A DNA stretch of 64,000 bases from a virus (Duplodnaviria; Caudoviricetes), in IMG/VR virus record IMGVR_UViG_3300017747_002922, positions 1 to 64,000 of that record; one strand, written 5' to 3'. Below are positions 9,204-17,971 of this stretch, one piece after another. The notes under the pieces are model-generated. The model was not told the DNA's origin and ran no database searches. It saw only the letters and a list, made by a program, of their open reading frames with translations. How positions within the stretch are numbered: position 1 is the stretch's first letter; each line of letters begins with the position of its first letter. The translations under genes and the position numbers were made by a program.

Positions 9204-9232
9204 TTGCCCCGGGCGCGTGAATCGGGTAGCGT
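9204..9232 (+). promoter_or_regulatory. Sigma70-like promoter TTGCCC-N17-TAGCGT
   Basis: Canonical spacing, in the intergenic gap before the gene at 9251. Confidence 0.45.
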
Positions 9233-9250
9233 GCCAACGGAGGCAACCGC

Positions 9251-10150
9251 ATGTCTGAACTGCTCAAGGCCCTGTCCGCACAGGGCAACACCACGGCCCA
9301 CGTCCGCGTCGTGGACGCGCCCGAAGAGAAGGGCGAGACGTTCCCGTCGATCACGTCCATCGAAGACTGGAAGGCGTGGTTCGAGAAGGAACTCCGCGCC
9401 GACTACGCGCCCGTCCGCCTGCTCGACGAGGCCGAGTACAAGCGCCACATGGGTCGCGGGTGGGCCATCCCCGAAGGCGGGTGGGGCGGCTGGGATCCGG
9501 CGTCCGACCCGGGCCACTGTTCGCGCTGGTACATGGAGGAGCGCGCGCCCGTCCCGATCGAGCACGTCGTGAACCTCGTCCGCGAGATCCAGCACCGCAA
9601 CAACATCCACGTCAGCGTGTCCGCGAAGTCGCCCGGGTCGTTCCACAACGCCCTCGTCGCGAACCGGCACACGCAGGCGGGTCGGTGGCGCCCCGCGCTC
9701 GTCGAGTTCGAGACGGCCAACAAGCCCTTCCTCGATCGCGTCGTCCCGTCGCGGCAGGGGATGCCGGGCAAGGCCGAGAACTTCGACCTGCTCGACGAGG
9801 CGGGCAAAGGGCCCACGAACGGCTGGACCACGATGGCGAACATGAACCGCATGTGCGTCATCGTCCGCCTGTTGTGGGTGGACACCGCCCGGCAGCGCGA
9901 ACCCCGCGTGGTCGACGGCGTCGTCATCGCGGACCAGAACATCGTGGTCAAGGGCGCGGACAGCGGCAACGCGGCACTCGCCGAGGCCATGGGCAAGATC
10001 GCCGAGGGTCAGGCGGCCATCGCAAGCGCGCTCGCCGCGAAGCCGGTGGCCGAGGTCGCGAAGGTCGAACCCCCGAAGGTCGACCCGCCGGCCATGACCG
10101 AACGCGAGAAGATCCTCGCCGCCGGTCCCCGCAAGCCGGGCGACAAGTAG
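9251..10150 (+). CDS. Hypothetical protein upstream of the portal
   Basis: 299-aa ORF, GGAGG upstream. Confidence 0.75.
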   Translation: MSELLKALSAQGNTTAHVRVVDAPEEKGETFPSITSIEDWKAWFEKELRADYAPVRLLDEAEYKRHMGRGWAIPEGGWGGWDPASDPGHCSRWYMEERAPVPIEHVVNLVREIQHRNNIHVSVSAKSPGSFHNALVANRHTQAGRWRPALVEFETANKPFLDRVVPSRQGMPGKAENFDLLDEAGKGPTNGWTTMANMNRMCVIVRLLWVDTARQREPRVVDGVVIADQNIVVKGADSGNAALAEAMGKIAEGQAAIASALAAKPVAEVAKVEPPKVDPPAMTEREKILAAGPRKPGDK

Positions 10151-10153
10151 TCC

Positions 10154-12442
10154 ATGGACGCCGCCGCCACCCCGGAGAAAGCCGAAGCCCGCCGCCACGC
10201 GTTGCGGGTTCACGCCATTGTCGAGAATCATCGCCAGTGGGTACGCAATCGGTCGGATGACTTCGGGTTGGCGAACGCGCTCTTTCTGACGAAGTTCTGG
10301 GCGTGGTTCGACTCGTGGGGCGCACGTCGCCACGGGTCGAAGTGGAAGCTGAAGCGCACCGGGGAGGAGACGGAGGACAACCGGATCCAGAAGGAGGTCC
10401 AGACCTACAACGCCGCCCTGTTCCCCCGGTCGCTCAAGTGCAACGTGAAGCCCGACCCCCGGAAGCGCGGCGACCCGGCGGTCAAGTCGGCGATGCTCAA
10501 CGTGTGGATCGAGCACCCCGATCAGAAGATGGCGATCCGCGACGTGTCCGAGATGGCCGTGCTCTACCCGGGGTCCGCGTTCAAGTTGGGCATCGAGCAG
10601 GGCACGGGGATGCCGATCGACCGCACCTACATCGAGGGCGTTCCTCCGTGGGAGTTGGTGGTCGACCGGGACGCGCGGTCGTACCGGTCGGCGCGCTACA
10701 TCGGGCACCTGTTCCAAGAGCCCGAAGAGGACGTGCGGTCGCGGTACAAGGACGCGCTCGCCAAGCGGGGCATCACCCTCTGCGGCACGCGAAAGGTGGA
10801 CCCCCTCAACGGCGAACCGGGCGCCGAGGTCCCGCGCGCGCCGAGCGTCGCCACGGGGAGCAACCCCGACGACGGGATCGACGACCGCTACGTGACCGTG
10901 TTCGAGTTCTGCAACTTCCGCGACTCGATCACCGGTCCTGACGGGCGGACCTACCGCGGCCGGCTGGAGGTGTGGATCCTTGATCAAGGCGGCGCGTTGG
11001 AGTTCGAGCCCATCGCGCAGACCATGCTTCCGTTCGCGGGGTCCGACGGCGAGATGGTGGGGCACCTGTTCCCGCTCGCCTACATGCACGAGGCCCCGTA
11101 CCCGTACCGCGGGGAGGCGCCGATCGCGCGTCTGCTCCCGCTGAACGTCGCCCTGAACCGCATGAACTTTCAGATCATGCGCGACACCCAGCGGAACACG
11201 CGCAAGGCGATTGGCCTCAAGGGCGCGTTCGAGCAGGACGAAGTCGACAACATCTTCGACGGCAACGACAAGAACGTGGCGTGGACGAAGCGCGACGACG
11301 TGCCGCTGGACCGGATGATCTACAACATCCCGCATCAGCCGATCGCGCCCGACACCCTCACCTTCCGCAACACCATCGACGCGATGCTGACCCGCCAGCA
11401 AGGTCCGTCGGCGAACGCGCGCGGGGACATCACCGGGGCCACCGCGTACGAGGTCCAGACCACGCAGTTGTTCACGGAGGAAGGATTCAAATACCACGCG
11501 TCGCTCCTCGAAGTGACCCTGACCCGCCTGTTGGGCGCCGTCCTGCGCGCGTTCATCGTCGCGGGCGTGGACGCGTCCGACTCCGAGGGCGGCAAGTTGT
11601 CCGAGGGGCAGGCGCTGGCCCCCCTCGGCACCGTGGAACCGGACCCGACGCTCGCCACGGACGGCCCGACGATCAGTCAGGAGACGGCGGCGCGGGACCT
11701 ACCAGCGGAATGGGCCGACTACGACATCGAGTGCGACGGCGAGGTGTACCGCGTCACCCGCGACGCGCTCGACGGGGCGTGCGATGTGGTGTTCACGCAG
11801 TCCGAGCGTACGCCGGTCACCGACCAGGCCGTCACGCAGTTCCTGACCGGGCCCGGATTGCAGGTCTATAAGGAATACGTGGACGCGGCGTTGGGTGGGG
11901 ACATCTTCGCGGAGGAGGTTGCGACGCAGATGGCGGTGCGCGCCGGCCTCCCGAAGTCGCTCCACATCGGAGAGATCAAGCGCCGGATGCAGGAAGAAGG
12001 CGCCAAACCTCCCGCTCCACCCCCCGAGAACATGCCCGGAGGCCCCGCAGAGGCCCCCGGCGGACCTCCCGAAGCCCCTCCTGCACCCTCACCGGGCCCG
12101 CAAGGACCCGAAGGGGTGCTGTTGGACGCCTTGGTTCAGGCGTTTGAGGCCCTTCGCACCGTCGCAAATGCAGATCCAGCCGCCCGAGCAGCCCTTTTGG
12201 GGGCCGGACAGCACCTGAAAGCCGCATTGGACGCCGTTCAGGCGGGTGACCTCGAAGGCGCAAAACCGCATGTTTTGGGCGCTTCCGAGGCCCTTTCGGC
12301 GGTCGAAATCGAGGCGGAAGGGGTAGATGTGGCCCGTCGTGAGGTCGCCAAGGTCGTGCGCGCCATCGCTGCCGACACCTTGCCCCAATCCCGTGAGATG
12401 AATGTCGGCGTTGGTGCGCCGGAAGTCGTTGGAAAGGCATAA
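10154..12442 (+). CDS. Portal protein with a Pro-rich linker and helical C-terminal extension
   Basis: Size (762 aa), position after TerL, RGDITGATAYE motif in the stem region, P/G-rich tail typical of podovirus-like portals. Confidence 0.8.
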   Translation: MDAAATPEKAEARRHALRVHAIVENHRQWVRNRSDDFGLANALFLTKFWAWFDSWGARRHGSKWKLKRTGEETEDNRIQKEVQTYNAALFPRSLKCNVKPDPRKRGDPAVKSAMLNVWIEHPDQKMAIRDVSEMAVLYPGSAFKLGIEQGTGMPIDRTYIEGVPPWELVVDRDARSYRSARYIGHLFQEPEEDVRSRYKDALAKRGITLCGTRKVDPLNGEPGAEVPRAPSVATGSNPDDGIDDRYVTVFEFCNFRDSITGPDGRTYRGRLEVWILDQGGALEFEPIAQTMLPFAGSDGEMVGHLFPLAYMHEAPYPYRGEAPIARLLPLNVALNRMNFQIMRDTQRNTRKAIGLKGAFEQDEVDNIFDGNDKNVAWTKRDDVPLDRMIYNIPHQPIAPDTLTFRNTIDAMLTRQQGPSANARGDITGATAYEVQTTQLFTEEGFKYHASLLEVTLTRLLGAVLRAFIVAGVDASDSEGGKLSEGQALAPLGTVEPDPTLATDGPTISQETAARDLPAEWADYDIECDGEVYRVTRDALDGACDVVFTQSERTPVTDQAVTQFLTGPGLQVYKEYVDAALGGDIFAEEVATQMAVRAGLPKSLHIGEIKRRMQEEGAKPPAPPPENMPGGPAEAPGGPPEAPPAPSPGPQGPEGVLLDALVQAFEALRTVANADPAARAALLGAGQHLKAALDAVQAGDLEGAKPHVLGASEALSAVEIEAEGVDVARREVAKVVRAIAADTLPQSREMNVGVGAPEVVGKA

Positions 12443-12452
12443 GGAGGAAACC

Positions 12453-13094
12453 ATGCCGCTGTACGAGTACGATTGCGCGAATGGGCATCGAACGCCCATG
12501 TTCCGAAAGCGAATCTCCGAGACGCATGACCCGGTCCCGTGCGAGACGTGCGGCGGTGAGACGAAGATCGGCGTGTCCCTCCCCGGGCGCGGCATCGTCA
12601 CGGGTTCCGACACCCCCGGCCAGAAGACGGTCCTGAAGGATCTGGCCCGCGTTCAGCGGGAAGCGGCGCAGGACACCATGGTCGACTGGAAGTGCGAGGA
12701 CGGACACGTCACGGTCGAGGTGTACCGCGGCGAGGTCCCGACCGAGTGCCCGTGCGAGACGTGCGGCAAGCCGACGAAGCGCGTGGTGGGCGGGATGCCG
12801 ATGCTCGACACGTGGACGCGCGAGGGCCGGCACGCGGCCGGCGGCTACTACGACCGCCAGTTGGGCCGGTGGATCACGTCGCCCGGCCATCTGCGCGAGG
12901 TCATGGCCGAGATGCAGGTGCAAGAGGGCGGCGACGATCGGACGGTGCTCTTGCGTCAGGCCGAAGCGAAGGCCAAGGCGGACGCGCAGGACCGCATCGT
13001 GTTCGAGATGCTGGACCAGTTGAAGCCCGACGTGATCGACGAGAACGACCGGCACGCGATGACCGCCCTGAAAGCGGCGCATCCGGACTGGTGA
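12453..13094 (+). CDS. FmdB-family zinc-ribbon protein with two ribbons
   Basis: MPLYEYDCANGH...CETCG, then WKCEDGH...CETCG; AAGGAGG RBS. Confidence 0.8.
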   Translation: MPLYEYDCANGHRTPMFRKRISETHDPVPCETCGGETKIGVSLPGRGIVTGSDTPGQKTVLKDLARVQREAAQDTMVDWKCEDGHVTVEVYRGEVPTECPCETCGKPTKRVVGGMPMLDTWTREGRHAAGGYYDRQLGRWITSPGHLREVMAEMQVQEGGDDRTVLLRQAEAKAKADAQDRIVFEMLDQLKPDVIDENDRHAMTALKAAHPDW

Positions 13095-13115
13095 TACCCT
13101 ACCCCCGAGGTTCCC

Positions 13116-13667
13116 ATGGCTGACATGCCCCCGATGCCCGCGTCTCCCCCCAACGCTCCCCCGATGGACGGCGGCGCACCCGCGTTCAACCCCGACACGA
13201 TCGTGGCCGAGCTTCCCGAAGGCGACTTCAGCCTGAAGGCCATGCAGCGCCTCGCGGACTCGATCAACGACGCGATCCCCGTCCTCGCGCCCGAGGTGGG
13301 CGAGCAGAAGATCGAGATCCCGCCCGAGATGAAGCGCGGCCACCAAGGCAAGCTGCCCCCGCAACTCGCGGTCCCGGCGCTCGTGATCCTCACGGTCGCG
13401 GCCACCATCGAACCGAAGTACACGATGGCCGCGTCGGCGCTCGTGGACGACAAGGCCCTGGGCAAGTTGTCGGCCCTGATCGACACCGCCGCGAAGGACA
13501 AGGCCGTCATCGCCGCCGCGACGGGCGCGGAATCCCCACCTCCCAAGGGCAAGAGCAAGGGCGCACCGACGCCCAAGGACGACGACACCTCCGAGGAGGT
13601 CGAGATGGAGGAGAAGGTGGAGGTCACCGAGAAGGCACCTCCCCCGGGCGTCGCGAAGTACGCGTAG
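13116..13667 (+). CDS. Hypothetical head-region protein
   Basis: 183-aa ORF, GAGG upstream. Confidence 0.7.
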   Translation: MADMPPMPASPPNAPPMDGGAPAFNPDTIVAELPEGDFSLKAMQRLADSINDAIPVLAPEVGEQKIEIPPEMKRGHQGKLPPQLAVPALVILTVAATIEPKYTMAASALVDDKALGKLSALIDTAAKDKAVIAAATGAESPPPKGKSKGAPTPKDDDTSEEVEMEEKVEVTEKAPPPGVAKYA

Positions 13668-13670
13668 GGG

Positions 13671-13862
13671 TCACCCCTCGGTCAGTCGCCCGTCCTGTAG
13701 GTGGCCCTGCGCATGTAGCTCGGTCACCACGAGGGAGGCGATCCACGTCGCCATCGGCAAGCCGGCGCGTGTCGCAGCGCGTCCGGCGGCCTTGCGTGCG
13801 TCCTTCCCGAGCGAGATGGGGATCCGGGTTGCGGCGCGGAGATCGTCGTCAGGGGTGTTCAT
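13671..13862 (-). CDS. Ribbon-helix-helix/HicB-C-like DNA-binding protein, antisense inside the head module
   Basis: RIPISLGKDARKAAGRAATRAGLPMATWIASLV pattern; has its own leaderless promoter. Confidence 0.65.
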   Translation of the reverse strand: MNTPDDDLRAATRIPISLGKDARKAAGRAATRAGLPMATWIASLVVTELHAQGHLQDGRLTEG

Positions 13863-13868
13863 GCCCGG

Positions 13869-13897
13869 AGCGTACCCCGCACCCGCGACCGTAGCAA
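13869..13897 (-). promoter_or_regulatory. Leaderless promoter TTGCTA-N17-TACGCT-N6-ATG
   Basis: The -10 T lies exactly 12 nt before the ATG at 13862; no SD. Confidence 0.6.
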
Positions 13898-13995
13898 ACA
13901 GACCGCACGCACACTGTACGCACGTTGCGACAAACACATAGGTGAAACCGGCCGACTTCTACGATCGAGAAAGTGCGCGGGGTAGTCTCTCCCCC

Positions 13996-14955
13996 ATGCC
14001 GATCGAGGAAACCGTCATCCCCCCCACTTCCGAGGCCCCCGCCTCCGAAGTCGCGCAACCCGAGGCCCCGGCTACCGCCGTGGTCGACGCCGCACCGGCC
14101 GACGCCGCCCCCAAGGGCTTCGACGCGTTCGATGCGTGGTACGCCGAACGAACGGCAAGCGCCGAGGGTGTGGACAAGACGCTGGACGAGTTCGCGTCCG
14201 GGTTCACGGTCGACGCGTTCAACGCGTTGGACCCCGCCGCGCAGACGACGGCCCTTGCCGTGCGCGCGCAGTACGAGCGCCGGATGGCCGCCGCCGAGAA
14301 GGCCGCGGAGGAGAAGGTCGCCAAGGCCAAGGCCGAGGCGGACAAGATCCTTGCGACCGCCAAGGCCAAGGAGAAGCAGTTGGCCCAGCGTGAGCGCGCG
14401 ATGTTCGCCGCTGCCGCTGCCGCGCCGGATCCTGGTGCCGCCCCCGAAGTGGACGTCTTCACCAAGGAGGGGATGACCGCGAACGCGGAGTACCTCGCCA
14501 AGAAGGCGGCATGGGAAGCGGCGGCCCCGATGCGCGAGCGTGAGCGCGCCGAGGCGACCCGGCTGGCGTGGGAGTCCACGCAGGAGACGTACCCCGACCT
14601 CGCAGACCCCAAGGTCTACAGCGAGTTCGAGGCGTTCATGGACGAGAAGAACAAGGGATGGGACCCCAAGAGCGGCACCCCTCCCCGCGTCAGCCTGAAG
14701 GTCGGCGCCGAGTTGTTCTTCAACGCCCGCGAGCTTGCCCAAGCGCGTGCCGATCGTGCCGCCCGCGTTCAGGCCGAGGACCGTGCCCGCGCGACGGCCG
14801 CAACGCAGATCGGACGCCGTGCTGGTGGTTCGCCCGCTGGCGACCCGCTGTCCATCTTCAACGCCAAGATCAAGGCCGACGAGAACGAGGCGTGGCGGTA
14901 CTTCGCCGGCCTGCCCGAGGGCGACAAAGCCCGCATCCAAGCATCCTTCACCTGA
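13996..14955 (+). CDS. Capsid scaffolding protein
   Basis: Ala/Glu/Lys-rich coiled coil directly upstream of the major capsid gene. Confidence 0.75.
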   Translation: MPIEETVIPPTSEAPASEVAQPEAPATAVVDAAPADAAPKGFDAFDAWYAERTASAEGVDKTLDEFASGFTVDAFNALDPAAQTTALAVRAQYERRMAAAEKAAEEKVAKAKAEADKILATAKAKEKQLAQRERAMFAAAAAAPDPGAAPEVDVFTKEGMTANAEYLAKKAAWEAAAPMRERERAEATRLAWESTQETYPDLADPKVYSEFEAFMDEKNKGWDPKSGTPPRVSLKVGAELFFNARELAQARADRAARVQAEDRARATAATQIGRRAGGSPAGDPLSIFNAKIKADENEAWRYFAGLPEGDKARIQASFT

Positions 14956-14972
14956 CCTGACGGAGAATCCTC

Positions 14973-16052
14973 ATGCCCGCTGTCAATCTGAACTTCGAGA
15001 TCAGCGTACTGGCCGCCGCCGGTCAGCGCGCCGCCAGCACGTCCCGTGACGGCCTCCGTCGCGCCTGTTCCCTGCTCCACGCGCAGGAGATGGTCAACGG
15101 CAAGGGCAAGCCGAAGTGGGAGGGTGGGCAGTACATGACCACCGAGATCACGGTGCAGAACCACACCGGGATCACGCAGTTCGTGGACGGCTACGAACTC
15201 TACGACGCGTCCGCCTACGAGACGCAGCAGGTCCCCCGCTACCCGCTCGCGATCTCCGGCCTGATGATGAAGATCGGCGAGGCCGAACGTCGCCTGCTCG
15301 GCGCGACCGAGGGCGCGCTCCGGCACAAGGTCGAGACGCTGACCGAGGCCACCATGGGCTTCCTCCAGCGCCAGTGGCAGTCCCGCGTGCTCACCGGCAC
15401 CGGAACCGGGTTCACGAACTTCGTCACCCTCAACGGCATCGACTCGACCGCGGGCGTGTTCGAGCAGGACGCCGTCGGGTCGCAGTCCAACGTCATCGGC
15501 GGCGTGTCCAAGGCCACGTACTCCGGCGTCATCGGCTGGCAGAACCAGGTTGCCAATCTGAACAATGCGTTCGGGACGAACCAGATCGGGCTGTTCGGCC
15601 TGATCGCGAACACCGAGGTCCACAAGCCGCTGAACAAGAAGAAGAAGGTGTGGCTGATGACCGTCAACGGCGTCACCTTCCTCAAGCGCGTCACCCAGGG
15701 CGTGCAGCGGTTCGTCTCGACCGACCCGAAGGACACCGACTTCGGCGTGCCCATCGAGTACTACGACGGCGTGAAGATCTACCAGGAGTCGTTCCTGCCG
15801 ACCTCCGGCGTGAACACGACCACCTACCCGATCACCGCCATGCTCCTCGACCTCGAAGACATCTTCTTCGCGTGGGGCGGCGAGATGTCCGACGTCGGCG
15901 GCAAACTCCCGTCCGGGTACTTCGGCATGGGCGACTGGCGCCTCATCGGCGGCCTCCAGAGCGTGCTCGGGTGCCCGATGTCGGTGGTCGGTCAGACCAT
16001 CGTCGCGGACATGGGCTCGTCCGGCATCGCGTACGCTGGCGAAATCTTCTGA
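14973..16052 (+). CDS. Major capsid protein (HK97 fold expected)
   Basis: 359 aa; EGGQY...DGYE...TGTG...LNGI pattern; position after the scaffold; GGAG RBS. Confidence 0.85.
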   Translation: MPAVNLNFEISVLAAAGQRAASTSRDGLRRACSLLHAQEMVNGKGKPKWEGGQYMTTEITVQNHTGITQFVDGYELYDASAYETQQVPRYPLAISGLMMKIGEAERRLLGATEGALRHKVETLTEATMGFLQRQWQSRVLTGTGTGFTNFVTLNGIDSTAGVFEQDAVGSQSNVIGGVSKATYSGVIGWQNQVANLNNAFGTNQIGLFGLIANTEVHKPLNKKKKVWLMTVNGVTFLKRVTQGVQRFVSTDPKDTDFGVPIEYYDGVKIYQESFLPTSGVNTTTYPITAMLLDLEDIFFAWGGEMSDVGGKLPSGYFGMGDWRLIGGLQSVLGCPMSVVGQTIVADMGSSGIAYAGEIF

Positions 16053-16067
16053 TCCTACGGAGTCTCC

Positions 16068-16523
16068 ATGAACGCAGTCAATCTCTCTGGTTTCGCTCTC
16101 GACGGAACCAACGTCGCGTCCGACGCGGCGCAGGTCACGACCTACTGGTGTACGGAGGCGGTCACCCTCGGTGACTGGATCTCCTTCTACGACTCGGACA
16201 CCACGAATCCCGCCGGGATGAAGGGCTACTCCGTGCGCAAGGCGATCAACTCCAACGCGGACGCGCTCTACGGCACGTTCGGCGTCGCCACGCAGACCAC
16301 GACCGCCGCGGGTCCGCTCGGGGTCCAGGTCAAGGGCTACTGCGCCGTCGCCAACGTCACCACGGCCGCGGACGGGCAGTTGTCCATCGGTGGCACCGGT
16401 GGGCGCGCGATCGACTACGCCGGCACCAACCCCGAGCTTCGGGTCATCGGGGTCACGCAGGCCGCCGCATCGGGCAACCTCGCCGCGGTGTTCATCTTCG
16501 AGCACCCGCGCCTGTCGGCCTGA
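16068..16523 (+). CDS. Capsid cement/decoration protein
   Basis: 151 aa, A/G/T-rich (EAVTLGD, GVATQT, VQVKGYC), directly after the capsid gene. Confidence 0.7.
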   Translation: MNAVNLSGFALDGTNVASDAAQVTTYWCTEAVTLGDWISFYDSDTTNPAGMKGYSVRKAINSNADALYGTFGVATQTTTAAGPLGVQVKGYCAVANVTTAADGQLSIGGTGGRAIDYAGTNPELRVIGVTQAAASGNLAAVFIFEHPRLSA

Positions 16524-16531
16524 TCGGTACG

Positions 16532-16624
16532 CGTCAGGGGGTGGCCTCTGTTGCGGTTTCCTCCCTTCCGGCCACCACCTGACGTTTCCTGTAGGGGGTG
16601 CTTCGGCGCCCCCTACGCTGTTTT
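16532..16624 (+). terminator. Tandem hairpins; the second is an intrinsic terminator with a cUUCGg loop
   Basis: CGTCAGGGGGTGGCC/GGCCACCACCTGACG (16532-16584), then GTAGGGGGTG-CTTCGG-CGCCCCCTAC (16591-16616) followed by GCTGTTTT. Confidence 0.7.
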
Positions 16625-16633
16625 GGAGTCCCC

Positions 16634-17971
16634 ATGCCGTACGACGTCCGCCAGTACCGCACCCGGTTGGGCCAGATGCTCCAACACTCGCCGCCGACGA
16701 TCGACGAACGCGAGTTCCGGGTCAACGCGTTGAACGCCGCGTACATGGCGATCAACGACATGGCCGACCTCCTGTTCGCGGAGGTCGAAACGGACTGGAA
16801 GGTGTGGACCGAGCGCGACGGGCAGAACCTCGGGATCACGGTGGCCGTGACGAGCGGGTCGTACGCGTTCACGTTCAGCGGGTCGCTCGGCGCGTCGTTC
16901 ACGTCGGACGCGGGCGGGCAGGACTTCGAGGACGACCAGGGCAACGTCTACACGATCAACCGGTTCACCTCAACGACCGCCGGCTACTTCGCGTCGCCCT
17001 ACGCCGGGCCCACCAACGCCGCGATGACGGTGTGGAAGATCAAGCCCTACCGCTTCTACATGCCGGTGGACTGCGCGCGCCCCCTCGCGTTCCTCAACCG
17101 CGACGTGAAGCAGCAGTGGGCGGGGTGGATCCCAATCATCGACCGGCGCACGGAGGAACGCAACTTCTCGCCGTGGTCGACCTACAGCAGCAACGTCGTG
17201 TACGTCGCAGACAACACGGCCGAGTATGACCGCGCGCCCGACATCGGCATGACGCTCTCCGAGAGCACCGCCGCCGGTTCGCTCGCCGCCTCGTCCGACT
17301 ACGAGGTTTGCTACACGACGACGCAGGAGGGCCGCGAGTCGCCGCCGTCCAAGCCGGTGCGGATCACGATGTCGAGTTCGGTCGGCTTTCACGAGATCGT
17401 CGTGGCCGACTTGGAGGACACGCGCGATGGCCTGCTCCCGACCGGCATCTACAAGAACGTGTACATCCGGCGCCTCACGTCCTCGCAGGACTTGCCGGCG
17501 GGTGACTTCTACAGCCGGTGGTTGCTCGCGTCCGCTGACGTGGCCGAGGCGACGACCACGGTGACGATCTCGTCCTTCCCGCGGTCCAGCAACAAGTCGC
17601 TGACGTACCAGAACGGCCGCAAGTTCATGCGCACGATCTGGCGCCCCGGTCAGGACATGACGTTGCGCCTCCGCTACCTCGTGCGCCCCGACCCGCTCGT
17701 GGCCGACTCGGACGTGCCGCGCAACTGGCCCCCGGCGTACCAGGATCTCGTTGTCCTCGGCGCCGCGATCGACATCGGCACGTCGCAAGGTCAGTCGACC
17801 GCGAAGATCGCCGAGTGGCGAAACCGGTACAAGACGCTGCTTGACGACATGCTCGCCAACTGCACGCAGGTCGCGAACGCACCATCGCAACGTCAGATGC
17901 GCACGGACGGCAGCGGCGCGGCGGGCGTCCTCTACACCAACGGCCCGGTCTACGGGAACTACGGGACCTGA
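16634..17971 (+). CDS. Head-tail adaptor protein with a beta-rich insertion
   Basis: Helical N-terminus (VNALNAAY), C-terminal PLVADSDVP..PPAYQDLVVLGA typical of adaptors; position. Confidence 0.65.
   Translation: MPYDVRQYRTRLGQMLQHSPPTIDEREFRVNALNAAYMAINDMADLLFAEVETDWKVWTERDGQNLGITVAVTSGSYAFTFSGSLGASFTSDAGGQDFEDDQGNVYTINRFTSTTAGYFASPYAGPTNAAMTVWKIKPYRFYMPVDCARPLAFLNRDVKQQWAGWIPIIDRRTEERNFSPWSTYSSNVVYVADNTAEYDRAPDIGMTLSESTAAGSLAASSDYEVCYTTTQEGRESPPSKPVRITMSSSVGFHEIVVADLEDTRDGLLPTGIYKNVYIRRLTSSQDLPAGDFYSRWLLASADVAEATTTVTISSFPRSSNKSLTYQNGRKFMRTIWRPGQDMTLRLRYLVRPDPLVADSDVPRNWPPAYQDLVVLGAAIDIGTSQGQSTAKIAEWRNRYKTLLDDMLANCTQVANAPSQRQMRTDGSGAAGVLYTNGPVYGNYGT

Noticed and set aside
13666-13678. AGGGG-TCA-CCCCT hairpin between convergent genes as a terminator
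   Set aside because: Only 5 bp, with no U-tract on either strand.
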